Shown here: positions 20,716 through 31,491 of the stretch, piece by piece
How the letters are laid out: every line of letters begins with the position of its first letter
Position numbering within the stretch: the stretch's first letter is position 1
Assembly: GCA_965219095.1 (NCBI GenBank)
Contig: CBDCMT010000001.1
Location: 2,240,001-2,304,000, forward strand
DNA from: Bdellovibrionales bacterium
GTDB taxonomy: Bacteria > Bdellovibrionota > Bdellovibrionia > Bdellovibrionales > UBA1609
DNA length: 64,000 nucleotides
Reading direction: 5' to 3'
Notes under the pieces: model-generated
What the model was told of the DNA's origin: nothing
Seen by the model: only the letters and a program-made list of their open reading frames with translations
The model's database searches: none
Position numbers and translations under genes: made by a program

Positions 20716-23391
20716 ATGAAGTCTATCCATGAAAGCTATTCTCCTCATAAATTAGAAAAAAATGTTCTTCAATTCTGGTCTAAAAACAGCTTTTTTCAAG
20801 CTGATGAGGGTTCTCAAAAACCTTCTTTCTGTATCATACTTCCTCCTCCTAACATCACAGGAAGAGTTCATATAGGTCATGCTTTAAATTCTAGCCTACA
20901 AGACGTTTTAATACGTTGGAAAAGGATGTTAGGGTTTAATACTCTTTGGCTTCCTGGGACTGATCACGCAGGTATTGCCACTCAAGTGCAAGTGGAAAAG
21001 GAGTTAGCTAAAAAAAATCTTAATAAAAAACAACTAGGACGCAATAAGTTTTTAGAAGAAGTTTGGAAATGGAAGGCTAAGTATGGAACTTATATCATTG
21101 AGCAAATGAAAACTTTAGGGTTTTCTTGTGATTGGAGTCGGCATACATTTACTTTAGATAAAAGTGTATCTCAAGCTGTAAGAAAAGTTTTTGTAGAGCT
21201 TTATAAGAAAAAAAGGATTTATAAAGGGCTCAAATTAATCAATTGGAGTACAGTTTTAGAATCGGCTATTTCAGATTTAGAGGTTGAGTTTAAAGAAGTT
21301 AAAGGAAGTTTGTGGTTCATTTCTTATCCCCTTGTGGTAGAAAAAGGTGCATTGGTAGTAGCAACAACAAGACCTGAAACTCTTCTCGGCGATGTGGCTT
21401 TAGCTGTAAATCCTAAAGACCTACGTTATGAAAAATTCATTGGTAAAAAAGTGAAGCTTCCTTTGGTGGATAGAGAGATTCCCATTATTTCTGATGAGTC
21501 TGTGAATCGTGAATTTGGCACAGGAGTCGTTAAAATCACTCCTGCTCATGATTTTAATGACTATGAAATGGGAAAACGTCATCATTTAGAACCTATTAAC
21601 TTGCTTTGTAAGGACGGACGTCTTAATGAAAATGGTCTTCAGTATCAAGGTCTTAAAGTCATTGAGGCAAGAAGAAGAGTTGTTGAGGACCTCAATAAAG
21701 GTTCGTTTCTTGTAAAAGAAGTTTCTCATAAGCATTCTGTAGGACACTGCATACGTTCAGGTTGTGTTGTGGAGCCTTTTTTATCAGAACAATGGTTTTT
21801 AAAAATGGAGGACATGGCCATACCTGCTAAGCAGGTCGTAGAAAGTGAAACGATCCTCTTTCAGCCCTCGCTATGGCTTAAAACTTACTTACACTGGATG
21901 AATCACATTCAAGACTGGTGTATTTCTCGTCAGCTTTGGTGGGGGCATCAGATTCCTGCTTGGTCTTGTCAGTCTTGTGAACATTTGAATGTTTCAGAAA
22001 ATAAGGTTTTGAAATGCGAAAGTTGTGAGAGTGAGGATTTACAGCAAGATCCTGATGTTTTAGACACATGGTTTTCTTCAGCTCTTTGGCCTTTTAGCAC
22101 TCTTGGCTGGCCTGAAAAAGAGTCCTCTTTACAAGAAAAATTTTTTCCAACAGATGTTCTTGTAACAGGTCATGATATCATCTTTTTTTGGGTAGCCCGC
22201 ATGATTATGATGAGTTTAGAGTTTAAAAAAGAAGTTCCCTTTAGGAAGGTTTTTTTTCATGGTGTGGTACGAGATCATCAAGGAAAAAAAATGTCAAAGT
22301 CACTAGGTAATTCTATTGATCCTTTAGATGTGGCAAAAGAGTTTGGCAGTGATGCCCTTCGCTTCACTCTTCTTTCTCAATCGGTCGCAAAAGACACTAG
22401 GTTTTCTTTAAAAAATGTCGAAAAAAGTCGTAATTTTATGAATAAAGTTTGGAACGCATCCCGATTTACATTCAATCTCTTAGAATCGTTTTCTGTAAAG
22501 AAGCTTTCAGAGCCTATCGATATAAAAGGATTAGAACTTTTCGATCACTGGATCTTAAAAAAAATCTCTGAAGCTCAAGAAAAGATCAATCAATATTTGA
22601 AGGAAAATAATTTTCATGAAGCTCATCATGAGATCTATCATTTTGTATGGAGCTGTTTTTGTGATTGGTACTTAGAGATGAGTAAGCCCTTCTTTTATAC
22701 AAAATCATCAGGAAAGCTAACAGAAAGTCATAAAGTTTTATTTCAAACTTTTGAGAAAACTTTAAAACTTCTTCACCCTTTTGCTCCCTTTTTGACGGAA
22801 GAACTTTTTCAGGGAATTTATAACGAGGAAAAAACCACAAGCATCACTATTAGTGAGTTCCCTCATAGTAAAATAGACTATGAAAGTTCAAGTTTTAATC
22901 AAGTTGAACTTATGATAAAAGTAATTTCTGGGTTTAGAAACTTTAAAGCCGAAAATAGTATTCCTCCTCATCAAAAAATGACAGGTTACATAAACGTGAA
23001 GGAAAGGGAATCTGATTTTAGAACTCCCTTGACAAAAATGATTATAGAAAAACTCTCTGGTTTGAGAGAGCTTATTTTTGTAAAACCCACACACAAGGAT
23101 AAAGATGGAACTTCCTATTTTGTCATTAATGATTCTATAACTCTTATTTTTGATTTGAACGAAGGCGTAGATAAGGAGAAAGAAATAGAGCGTTTAAACA
23201 AATCCCTTTCTAAGCTTGAAAAAGAGTTGGGATCTCTTTCAAGAAGGCTTCAGAATCCTGATTTTATCAAAAAAGCACCTCAAAGTGTAGTTAAAAGAAC
23301 GGAAACTGAGTTTCAGTCTTTAAATTCTCGACAAAAAGAGCTTAAAGAAAGCCTTAGCAAGCTGTGTGATAAGGGGCAAAAAGACTTGTAA
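20716..23391 (+). CDS. valS: Valyl-tRNA synthetase
   Basis: PPPNITG, HIGH, WCISRQLWWGH, KMSKS, C-terminal coiled coil. Confidence 0.98.
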   Translation: MKSIHESYSPHKLEKNVLQFWSKNSFFQADEGSQKPSFCIILPPPNITGRVHIGHALNSSLQDVLIRWKRMLGFNTLWLPGTDHAGIATQVQVEKELAKKNLNKKQLGRNKFLEEVWKWKAKYGTYIIEQMKTLGFSCDWSRHTFTLDKSVSQAVRKVFVELYKKKRIYKGLKLINWSTVLESAISDLEVEFKEVKGSLWFISYPLVVEKGALVVATTRPETLLGDVALAVNPKDLRYEKFIGKKVKLPLVDREIPIISDESVNREFGTGVVKITPAHDFNDYEMGKRHHLEPINLLCKDGRLNENGLQYQGLKVIEARRRVVEDLNKGSFLVKEVSHKHSVGHCIRSGCVVEPFLSEQWFLKMEDMAIPAKQVVESETILFQPSLWLKTYLHWMNHIQDWCISRQLWWGHQIPAWSCQSCEHLNVSENKVLKCESCESEDLQQDPDVLDTWFSSALWPFSTLGWPEKESSLQEKFFPTDVLVTGHDIIFFWVARMIMMSLEFKKEVPFRKVFFHGVVRDHQGKKMSKSLGNSIDPLDVAKEFGSDALRFTLLSQSVAKDTRFSLKNVEKSRNFMNKVWNASRFTFNLLESFSVKKLSEPIDIKGLELFDHWILKKISEAQEKINQYLKENNFHEAHHEIYHFVWSCFCDWYLEMSKPFFYTKSSGKLTESHKVLFQTFEKTLKLLHPFAPFLTEELFQGIYNEEKTTSITISEFPHSKIDYESSSFNQVELMIKVISGFRNFKAENSIPPHQKMTGYINVKERESDFRTPLTKMIIEKLSGLRELIFVKPTHKDKDGTSYFVINDSITLIFDLNEGVDKEKEIERLNKSLSKLEKELGSLSRRLQNPDFIKKAPQSVVKRTETEFQSLNSRQKELKESLSKLCDKGQKDL

Positions 23392-23573
23392 ATTAAACTT
23401 CTAGGCTTTATAAAAAGTTAAGTTATTGATATCCACATACATGAAATAGCTTAGAGTGATTTTATGATGAGAGCTTTTCTTTGGTGAGAGATAAGGAGAA
23501 AGACAACAACATGGATTCATTAAGACATTAATTATGTTACATCCAAATAGTTCTTTCAAAGGAGAGTGACTTA

Positions 23574-24608
23574 ATGTTTGACTATGTTTTAAGACGGATT
23601 TTTCTTATGGGTTTTACCTTTATCGGTATTACTTTAGCTTGTTTTTTAATCATTAATACAGCACCAGGAGGACCTATTGAACAAAAAATCAATGAGATAA
23701 GGTTTTCAGGAGCTATGGGAGGAGCTAGTAGCAATTTTGGTAGCAACGCAAAAAGCAGTGATATGGGAATTCCTCAGGAGTACCTAGAGGCTCTTAAAAA
23801 ACAGTATGGTTTAGATAAACCTTTAGGAACACGTTATATGATTTGGATAAAAAATATTTTTCGATTGGATTTTGGAGAGAGTTTTAAGCATGAAGAGCCT
23901 GCTTGGGATGTAGTCATTAGCCGTTTTCCCGTTTCTCTTCAGTTTGGGGTGATCTCTTTTATTTTGACTTACTTGATTTGCATTCCTTTAGGAGTGTTAA
24001 AAGCTGTACGTCATACATCTGTATTTGATAGAGCTTCTAGTGTAGTCCTCATCATTCTTTACTCTATACCCGTTTTATCTCTTGGAATTTTGTTAATTGT
24101 GTTTTTAGGAGTGAAATTGGATCTTTTTCCTATTTACGGTATGTACTCTGATCATTATGAATTTCTTCCTTGGTACGGTAAAATTAAAGATAGAATTCAC
24201 CACTTTGTCCTCCCTGTGATTTGTTATATGGTTGGTAATTTCACTGTTTTGACTTTTCTTATGAAGAACTCCCTTCTGACTGAAATTCATCTTGACTATG
24301 TAAGAACAGCGAAAGCTAAAGGGTTAAGTGAAAAAATCGTTGTATACAAACATGCTTTAAGAAATGCCCTCATCCCTATAGCTACAGGGTTTGGTAGTTT
24401 TCTAAGTCTCATTTTAGCTGGCTCTATTATCATTGAACAAGTTTTTACTATTGATGGTATAGGGCTTTTAGGTTTTACATCCATTGAAGATAGAGATTAT
24501 AACGTCATAATGTGCCTTATTTTCTTTCAAGGAGTCCTTATGCTTTTCGGACGTCTCATTAGTGATTTGTTGTATGTTCTTATTGATCCTCGCATTGATT
24601 TTAATTAA
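23574..24608 (+). CDS. Peptide ABC transporter permease, YejB/OppB type
   Basis: APGGPIEQ, YGLDKP, YVRTAKAKGL EAA loop, DPRIDF terminus. Confidence 0.92.
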   Translation: MFDYVLRRIFLMGFTFIGITLACFLIINTAPGGPIEQKINEIRFSGAMGGASSNFGSNAKSSDMGIPQEYLEALKKQYGLDKPLGTRYMIWIKNIFRLDFGESFKHEEPAWDVVISRFPVSLQFGVISFILTYLICIPLGVLKAVRHTSVFDRASSVVLIILYSIPVLSLGILLIVFLGVKLDLFPIYGMYSDHYEFLPWYGKIKDRIHHFVLPVICYMVGNFTVLTFLMKNSLLTEIHLDYVRTAKAKGLSEKIVVYKHALRNALIPIATGFGSFLSLILAGSIIIEQVFTIDGIGLLGFTSIEDRDYNVIMCLIFFQGVLMLFGRLISDLLYVLIDPRIDFN

Positions 24609-24617
24609 AGGGTATGT

Positions 24618-25658
24618 ATGATAGAAAGATTTATACAAAACAGTTTAACTTTAAAAAGATGGCGTAGGTTTAAAAGCCATAAACTTTCTATGGTCTCTCT
24701 TATTATTTTTTTATTGCTTATAGTTTTTTGTTTAACAAGTGAGATCTGGGCCAACAACAAGCCTCTTGTTTTAAGTTATAAAGGAGAACTTTACTTTCCT
24801 GTGTTCCAATATTACCACCCTTCTCAATTTGGTTTAGAAGGTTTGCAACTAGACTACAAAGAACTTGAAAAGGAAAGATTTTTTGATTGGTCTTTGTGGC
24901 CTTTTATAAAATGGTCTCCTAATGAATCCAACTTATCTGTAAGCTCTTACCCTTCTCCACCTTCTCAAGAAAACTTTTTCGGCACTGATGATAGGGGAAG
25001 AGATATATTTTCACGATTGATTTATGGGTTTCGTTATAGTTTAGGCTTTTCTTTTGCTGCTTGGTTTTTTTCTTACCTTATGGGTATTTTTTTAGGAGCT
25101 TTTATGGGATTTGTAGGGGGTAAGATCGATCTCCTAGGACAAAGGCTGGTTGAGGTATTAGAATCCTTACCTGTTCTTATGATTTTAATCACTTTAGTAG
25201 CTATTTTTGGAGCTAGTTTTAGCCTTATAGTCTTTATTTCTGTTCTTTTTGGCTGGCTTGGTATTTCGTTTTACATAAGAGCTGAATTTTTAAGGTTGCG
25301 AAAAAGAGAGTTCGTAGAAGCAGCAAGAGCTTTAGGAGCAGGGCCTTTTAGTATTGCTTTTCGACAAATTTTACCAAATGCTATAAGTCCTATTGTGACT
25401 TTTTCTCCTTTTGCCTTAGCTGGTGGCATTTCAGCTTTAACGGTCTTAGATTATTTAGGTTATGGCCTCCCCCCTCCCACACCAAGCTGGGGAGAACTCC
25501 TCCGTCAAGCTCAAAGCAATGTGACAACAGCTTGGTGGCTTGCTTTTTTTCCATCGGCTTTTCTAATTTTTTCTGTTTTGATTTTGAATCTCATTGGAGA
25601 AGGTGTAAGGGACAGTTTTGATTCTCGCACTGTTTCTACGAATTCTATGAAAGAGTAG
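24618..25658 (+). CDS. Peptide ABC transporter permease, YejE/OppC type
   Basis: RWRRFK, ANNKPL, GTDDRGRD, FVEAARALGA, PSWGELL. Confidence 0.92.
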   Translation: MIERFIQNSLTLKRWRRFKSHKLSMVSLIIFLLLIVFCLTSEIWANNKPLVLSYKGELYFPVFQYYHPSQFGLEGLQLDYKELEKERFFDWSLWPFIKWSPNESNLSVSSYPSPPSQENFFGTDDRGRDIFSRLIYGFRYSLGFSFAAWFFSYLMGIFLGAFMGFVGGKIDLLGQRLVEVLESLPVLMILITLVAIFGASFSLIVFISVLFGWLGISFYIRAEFLRLRKREFVEAARALGAGPFSIAFRQILPNAISPIVTFSPFALAGGISALTVLDYLGYGLPPPTPSWGELLRQAQSNVTTAWWLAFFPSAFLIFSVLILNLIGEGVRDSFDSRTVSTNSMKE

Positions 25659-25696
25659 TTTATCTATAAAAATTCAAAAGCTTAAGGGCTTTTATA

Positions 25697-25743
25697 ACCC
25701 GAATTTCGACTTTTTTCAGGGCTAAAGGTTAGCTAATATAAAC
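25697..25743 (+). mobile_element. Solo IS982 left end
   Basis: ACCCGAATTTCGACTTTTTTCAGGGCTAAAGG matches the starts at 37303 and 55301. Confidence 0.8.
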
Positions 25744-25864
25744 GCCTCCTCAAAAGAATCTGTGGGTTTCCGGAGGTTTTGGCAGTTTTCCAATGTTATG
25801 ATATAATACCATTTCCAAAAATTAATTCGACATTCTTTTAACGCATTGCGTCCTGTCTTTTTGA

Positions 25865-26614
25865 TCAAACTCTGTTAAATTTTTAGAGTCATGTCGAAAA
25901 AAGATTTAGTTACACAGATTCAAGGGTATAATTTTCTAGCTACTTACAAAGTAGAAAGAAGTGCCAACATCAAGACAAAATTATTGGCTTTGCACCATAT
26001 GCAAGAAGGAAAATCGATTCAAGAAACAGCAGGTATGGTTTTCCCGACTTCAGCGTTTTCTTTTCAAGAATCTAATGATTTCAAGTAGTTACGTAAAACC
26101 GTGATCACTACATTTTAAACGGTGCCTTATAGGATTTTTATATGATTTTAGGGGTTAAAACTGTATATTGCCCCAAATGTTGAATGGTTTTTTGGATGAC
26201 TTTATTCTGCACTCTCTTGTTCTCTACAATCTGAACTGAAATAGAACTATTCTTTCTTGGAATCTTTTTTACAAACATATTTAAATGTTAAAAGAAATTT
26301 CCAGCCTTGAAAAGACCTCAAAAAAAGATTTCTGACACTACAAATGCACTGTCTGGAAAAATACCCCCCAACTCTGTTCTAAACATAGCTCGCACACTTT
26401 TATGAAGTTTTAGTAGTGGAAAACGCTGAAGTCGGGTCAAACTCTGTTAAATTTTTAGAGTCATGTCGAAAAAAGATTTAGTTACACAGATTCAAGGGTA
26501 TGATTTTCTGGCTACTTACAAAGTGGAAAGAAATCCCAATATCAAGATAAAACTCCAAGCTTTGCAGCATATGCAAGAAGGAAAATCGATTCAAGAAACA
26601 GCAGGTATGGTTTT
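25865..26614 (+). repeat. 178-bp direct repeat (25865-26042 and 26437-26614) flanking the MITE
   Basis: Both copies run TCAAACTCTGTTAAA...GCAGGTATGGTTTT and abut the IRs exactly. Confidence 0.9.
26043..26436 (-). mobile_element. Non-autonomous IS1634-type element (MITE, 394 bp)
   Basis: Perfect 18-bp IRs CCCGACTTCAGCGTTTTC; internal ORF start at 26278 MFVKKIPRKNSSISVQIVENKRVQNKVIQKTIQHLG. Confidence 0.8.
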
Positions 26615-27850
26615 CTATCATCGTCACAGTATCAAATCCTGGTTACAGTCTTTTGTAGACTTTGATTACGAGGGATTGATAGATCGAGAAGGCAGAGGAC
26701 GCAAGCCTCGTTTGCCAGTGACAGAAGAAGAGAACTTCAAAATCAAGTTAGATGAAATTCAAGACAAAAGAGAAGGAGGAAGCATAGGAGCAAAGGGAAT
26801 ACAGAAACTTTTAGCAGATGAATTTGACTGTTGCTATTCTCTTTCTGGGGTTTATGTTTCTTTAGACCGCCTTAATATTGTATGGATCAGTGGTCGTTCT
26901 CTTCATCCTAAAAGTTCATTAAGAAGCTATGGAACAGTTTAAGGAACATTTTCCAGAAGAGGTGGAGAAAATAAAGGAAAAGATTCAGACTCATAAAATA
27001 GAGATTTGGTGGCAGGATGAATGCAGAATAAGCTCAGCAAGGTTCTTTAAGCAGGATTTGGGCAAGAAAAGGCACACGGCCTAGAGTGGTGAGACAAAGA
27101 CAATTTTTATCCACTTATATTTTTGGAGCAGTTTGTCCGGATAGAAATAAAGGCTGTGCTTGGATTTTACCGGAATGTAATTCAGGGATGATGCAAATTC
27201 ACTTAGATGAGATATCTAAAAATATTCAAGAAAACTATCATGGAATTGTTTTAATGGACAGAGCCAGTTGGCATACCACAGAGACTTTGATAGTTCCTAA
27301 GAATTTATCCCTGATGCCTTTACCTCCTTATAGTCCAGAATTAAATCCCATGGAACAAGTCTGGCAACAATTACGAAGGATCAAATTATCGAATGCATGT
27401 TTTAAAAACTATGACCATATAGTGAATACTTGTTGTGAGGCCTGGAATACTTTTTGCGATCAAGAGGGCAGGATTAAAAAATTATGCACTCGATCTTGGG
27501 GAAAACAACAAGATGAATCAAGCTTGTAAATTAATTTGAACCTATAAATTAAATTGTTTAACTGATTTTTGTCATTTTAAATTTTACCCTCACTTTTTTA
27601 CACTTATTTTAACCCATCAATCGATTTACACAACAAATAGATATACCTGAAATAAACTTATCTTATGAAAACTTAAACTCACCTTAAAAGAAGTTTTTTT
27701 AAAATCTCCTAACTGAAACTTTTCCTTAAGTCAATTTTAAAATTTTAAATTTGAACATGAAAATGTCGAATTAATTTCTGTAATTGGTATAAGGTTCTTT
27801 TTTAGAGCTTTAGAGGTTCTAAACAACAGACTCCTGCCACAGCCATTCTA

Positions 27851-28483
27851 TCAGTTCCCAACTGATAGCTGCTTCCAACGATTATAAACTTTCAAAACAT
27901 GAAACTGAGCTTTCAAAAGATCTTCATCATATTTTTTAAGCTCACGATCTAACTTTAAATTTTGTTGAGCATAAAGTCTCTTGGTTTTGATTATTTCTCT
28001 TGAAAGATAAGAGAGTTGATTTTTAAAATGTGCTAATTTAGCTGTTACTTCCTGACGTCTCTTTTCAATTTGCCCTAATTTGTTTTTATATGAAAAAAAA
28101 TCTGTTCTTTTTTCATGAATTCTATCATTTACCAAAGATAACTCATGTTGAATTTTTTCTAAATAACTCCTACGAACTCCTATGTTTTCTTCTAGCTTCT
28201 CAAGGCTTTCCTTGCTAGAAGAAAGCTCTTCTTCTAAGGACTCAACTTTATTTTCTATCTTTCTTATTTCTTCACTGATCTTTTTTTCTGTTTGCAAGAG
28301 TTCTGTTTCTATCTTTTGAGTTAAAAGTTTTCCTGTTTCATAACTATTAGTCCTTGCCTTTAAGGCCATAATCTTATCTTCTAAAATTTGAATCCTCTTT
28401 TTCACATCAAGAGTGTTAGAAGAAACACTCGGAAAAACTAGAAGACTTGTTATTATAAAAGAAGTAAATAAAATTTTTCTCAT
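27851..28483 (-). CDS. Secreted coiled-coil hypothetical protein
   Basis: Signal peptide MRKILFTSFIITSLLVFPSVSS; heptad-rich body; GAGGAG RBS. Confidence 0.75.
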   Translation of the reverse strand: MRKILFTSFIITSLLVFPSVSSNTLDVKKRIQILEDKIMALKARTNSYETGKLLTQKIETELLQTEKKISEEIRKIENKVESLEEELSSSKESLEKLEENIGVRRSYLEKIQHELSLVNDRIHEKRTDFFSYKNKLGQIEKRRQEVTAKLAHFKNQLSYLSREIIKTKRLYAQQNLKLDRELKKYDEDLLKAQFHVLKVYNRWKQLSVGN

Positions 28484-28665
28484 AATCTTAAACTCCTCTT
28501 AAGCTTTTCATAAAATAACAAAGGACTCAATCAAAAGTCTCTGAGTCTTGACTATAGTCGTGAAAGTAAGTTTTGTTCCTTCTCCTCAACATCCTATTTT
28601 TTAGAAGGGAGAGAAAAGCTTTTTTATTCTCTTTTAAAATTAAACTATAGATAAAGCCATAATAT

Positions 28666-28729
28666 CTAGCTACATTCCAAAAACCTCCTTTTATCTTGCT
28701 ATAAAAAGGGTTTTTTGGAATATGGTTAG
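28666..28729. repeat. ~65-bp imperfect palindrome (copy 1 of 2)
   Basis: Arms CTAGCTACATTCCAAAAACCTCCTTTTAT / ATAAAAAGGGTTTTTTGGAATATGGTTAG around CTTGCT; relative at 46477-46544. Confidence 0.65.
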
Positions 28730-28802
28730 TATATAGTGCTTCCGTTTAGTTTTTCAGTTTCCTAAGATAGAGAAGTTATCAGTTATCAAAGTTTCTAATT
28801 TA

Positions 28803-30495
28803 CCTGAGTTCGTGCTCAAAAATGTACACTACAGACGGACGTTTTTTTGACAAGACTTTTTCCAATAGATCTTAGTATTTTTTCTTGAACTTTATTCAAA
28901 GCTACTGTTTTGATAAGTCTAGTTTTATTTTTTCGGTCATAAAGATAGACATTATACATGCTACCGAGTTCTTCAAGAGCTTCCTCTGGAGACATCTGCA
29001 TCTTTTCAAGCTTCATTTTTAGAATTGAAAGTATCAGACAAGATAAATAGCATATAAAGACATGTGATTGAACTCTGTTGTAAAGCCAATGACGAATTGG
29101 TCTCAAATTTGTTATTCCCTTTAAGGTCCTAAAAGATTTTTCGATTACCTCTTTCTTATAGTACAAATTAACAATATCTTTTGCAGAGATCTTTTTTGTA
29201 GAAAATATACAAGAGTAACCATCAAACTCAGATTCTAAATTCAACCGATCTCTCCTTAATCTTCCTGTTGGAGTAAGGTATTTTTCCAAACCTGGTTTTA
29301 TATTTTTAGACAAAAGAATTTGTGCGTTTGCAATTTCGTCCAAACGAGATTCTCTTATATCTAAAGCTCTCCTTTGATTGTAACAAACAACTAAACGTCC
29401 TTTGATTTTTCCAACATTGTGATTAATGCTCTGAGCATACAAGGTACCACTTGATAACCTGATGCGATGGGATACATCAACAATAGAGTCTAGCCTTATC
29501 ATTTTTCTAATCAAATCCTTCTCTTTTTTTCTGAGAGCAATCCCACAAAGCGTATTCCAGCCCAATTCATTGATTTCATTGAGGTTTCTCTCTGAGAAAA
29601 TGCCCCTGTCGTAAACAAACATTCCTCCACTTAGTCCATAGTTTGCAAATCCATCGGATAAACTTAGTAGAGTCCTGCTATCGTGTATGTTTCCACTAAA
29701 AGTTTTATGAAACACTGGTATTCCTTCTTTTTGAGTTGTCACCAAACCAATTTGAATCAAAGGATTTCCACGTTTCCCATCCTTACTCTTTCCTAATTTT
29801 CCAAGCTGACATTTGCTACCATAAAGGTATGTATTGGTAACATCGTACACCAACCCTTTTAGCTCAAGATTGTACCTTTTCTGAACACCTTGAAATATTT
29901 TCTTCTGTAAATTTTCTGGATCACTCTCTAAAGAATCTAGAGCAGAAAGCAAACGACTTTCGGTTAGATCCTCTAAATTTAGCAAAGTGTTTAAATCTGT
30001 TCTCTCATACCATTTTGGCATTTTTCTAAGGCTTTTGTAATCTAAACAGTGAGCATAGACCATGCTTAATATTTCATTGGAGTATTGGCCAAGAGATTTT
30101 TGCAAATCTATTTCCCTAGCTATTTTATCTAAAACAAGCAAAGGACCATAAACCTTGACCTTTTCTATTTCAAGATCAGATGAACTCATTGAAATTACAG
30201 TTTCACCATTCTCTTCCTTCCCGATGTACCGAATATGCTTTTGGATAACTTTTCCATCAACCCTTTTGTTCTCTACTTCTGCAAGATATGTTACCTTTCC
30301 TCTTTTTATTCTTCTGATAAAGCTCATATTTCTCCCTCCTGTAGTGTAATATATTACACTACAAAGGAAAATGCAAGGCAAGTTATTTTTTGTGATTTTA
30401 TCTAAAAATCGAAAATTCCCCTATGAAAACTGAGATTTTTATGGAAAATGGGAAATTATAGCTTTGTAGTGTACATTTTTAGTCACGAGTTTAGG
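28803..30495 (-). mobile_element. IS1634-family element type A (copy 2, intact, 1693 bp)
   Basis: Same IRs as copy 1; 7-bp TSD TAATTTA, confirmed against the empty site in the IS630-B copy at ~51535. Confidence 0.92.
28816..30327 (-). CDS. IS1634-family DDE transposase, intact
   Basis: MSFIRRIKRG start with GGAGG RBS; YDVTNTY, YDRG, IEKSFRTLK...LRPIRHW. Confidence 0.9.
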   Translation of the reverse strand: MSFIRRIKRGKVTYLAEVENKRVDGKVIQKHIRYIGKEENGETVISMSSSDLEIEKVKVYGPLLVLDKIAREIDLQKSLGQYSNEILSMVYAHCLDYKSLRKMPKWYERTDLNTLLNLEDLTESRLLSALDSLESDPENLQKKIFQGVQKRYNLELKGLVYDVTNTYLYGSKCQLGKLGKSKDGKRGNPLIQIGLVTTQKEGIPVFHKTFSGNIHDSRTLLSLSDGFANYGLSGGMFVYDRGIFSERNLNEINELGWNTLCGIALRKKEKDLIRKMIRLDSIVDVSHRIRLSSGTLYAQSINHNVGKIKGRLVVCYNQRRALDIRESRLDEIANAQILLSKNIKPGLEKYLTPTGRLRRDRLNLESEFDGYSCIFSTKKISAKDIVNLYYKKEVIEKSFRTLKGITNLRPIRHWLYNRVQSHVFICYLSCLILSILKMKLEKMQMSPEEALEELGSMYNVYLYDRKNKTRLIKTVALNKVQEKILRSIGKSLVKKTSVCSVHF

Positions 30496-31491
30496 TAATT
30501 TAGGCCTGTGTTTTCGTATTCCTCTAAAAAATTGACTTAAACTTCCCTTGAAATCGTCATAGTTTTCATAATATCGATTCGCTGTGACCTCTTTTTTCAT
30601 AAACTTCCAAAGCCTTTCTATAGGATTTAAATTCAGTGAGTACGGAGGAAGATAAATAAGTTTTATATTCAACTCTTTCGCTAACTTCTTGACAGACTTC
30701 GATCTATTGTATCCGGCCCCATCTAAGATAAGATAAATCTCTTTTTCATCGGAATACTTCTTAATGAATATGATAGAGCATATCACATAGAAAAACTTCG
30801 TTAACTGTCTTATAACTCCTGACTACCGTCTTCAAACTATTGATCTCAATAGCTCCACAAACATTCATTCTTTTTCTCCAGCCTGAATTGGTCTTCACTT
30901 CAAACTTCTTACCCTCTCTTATCCAACCATATGAAATCATAGGGCCCCACTCAGGATGTGTGGAATCAGCAAAGTAAACAGGACCGTCTTTCTTCTTAAT
31001 TCTCTTGTATTTACGCACAAACTTTTCCTGCTCTTCTTTCTTTGCCTTACCCGGTATCGCTGTGGCTTTTTTATAAGAAAAACCAAGGCGATGGAGAAGA
31101 TCAATCACACCACTTGTTGAGTACGTAACACTAAAATTCTCCTCAATGAATTGGATGACAGACTGTGATGATGGAAAAATTCTTTTCTCTAATTCCTTTA
31201 AAAGCATTTTCTCCTCTTTCTTAGTTAAAAAGGACCTTTTAGGGTTGTAATTGTCGTTGATTAAGCACTCTATCCCACCTTTGTTATAACGATTTCTACA
31301 GGCTCTTATCGTGCCCTCATCAATGAAAAGAAAACGGGAAATATCTTTACACAACTCACCTTTATCTAAATGGAGGATTGTCATAATCCTTTTTGCGTAT
31401 TTAAGATTTTTCTCTAGAGATAGTTCATAGAGTAAATCTTTTCGCTCTTTTTTTGATAGAAACCCTGACATATGAAACTATTTTTAAAAAA

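Larger units (their letters stand above)
25805..27790 (+). mobile_element. IS630-family element type A, frameshifted transposase (26463-27529)
   Basis: IRs ATACCATTTCCAAAAATTAATTCGACATT / AATGTCGAATTAATTTCTGTAATTGGTAT at a TA site; GRGRKPRL, WQDE, MDRASWH, LPPYSPELNPMEQVW. Confidence 0.9.
25744..27823 (-). mobile_element. Degenerate ISL3 right-end remnant split by IS630-A
   Basis: GCCTCCTCAAAAGAATCTGTGGG...GTTATGATA | TAAGG...GCTTTAGAGGTTCTAAA is collinear with the ISL3 3' end. Confidence 0.75.
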
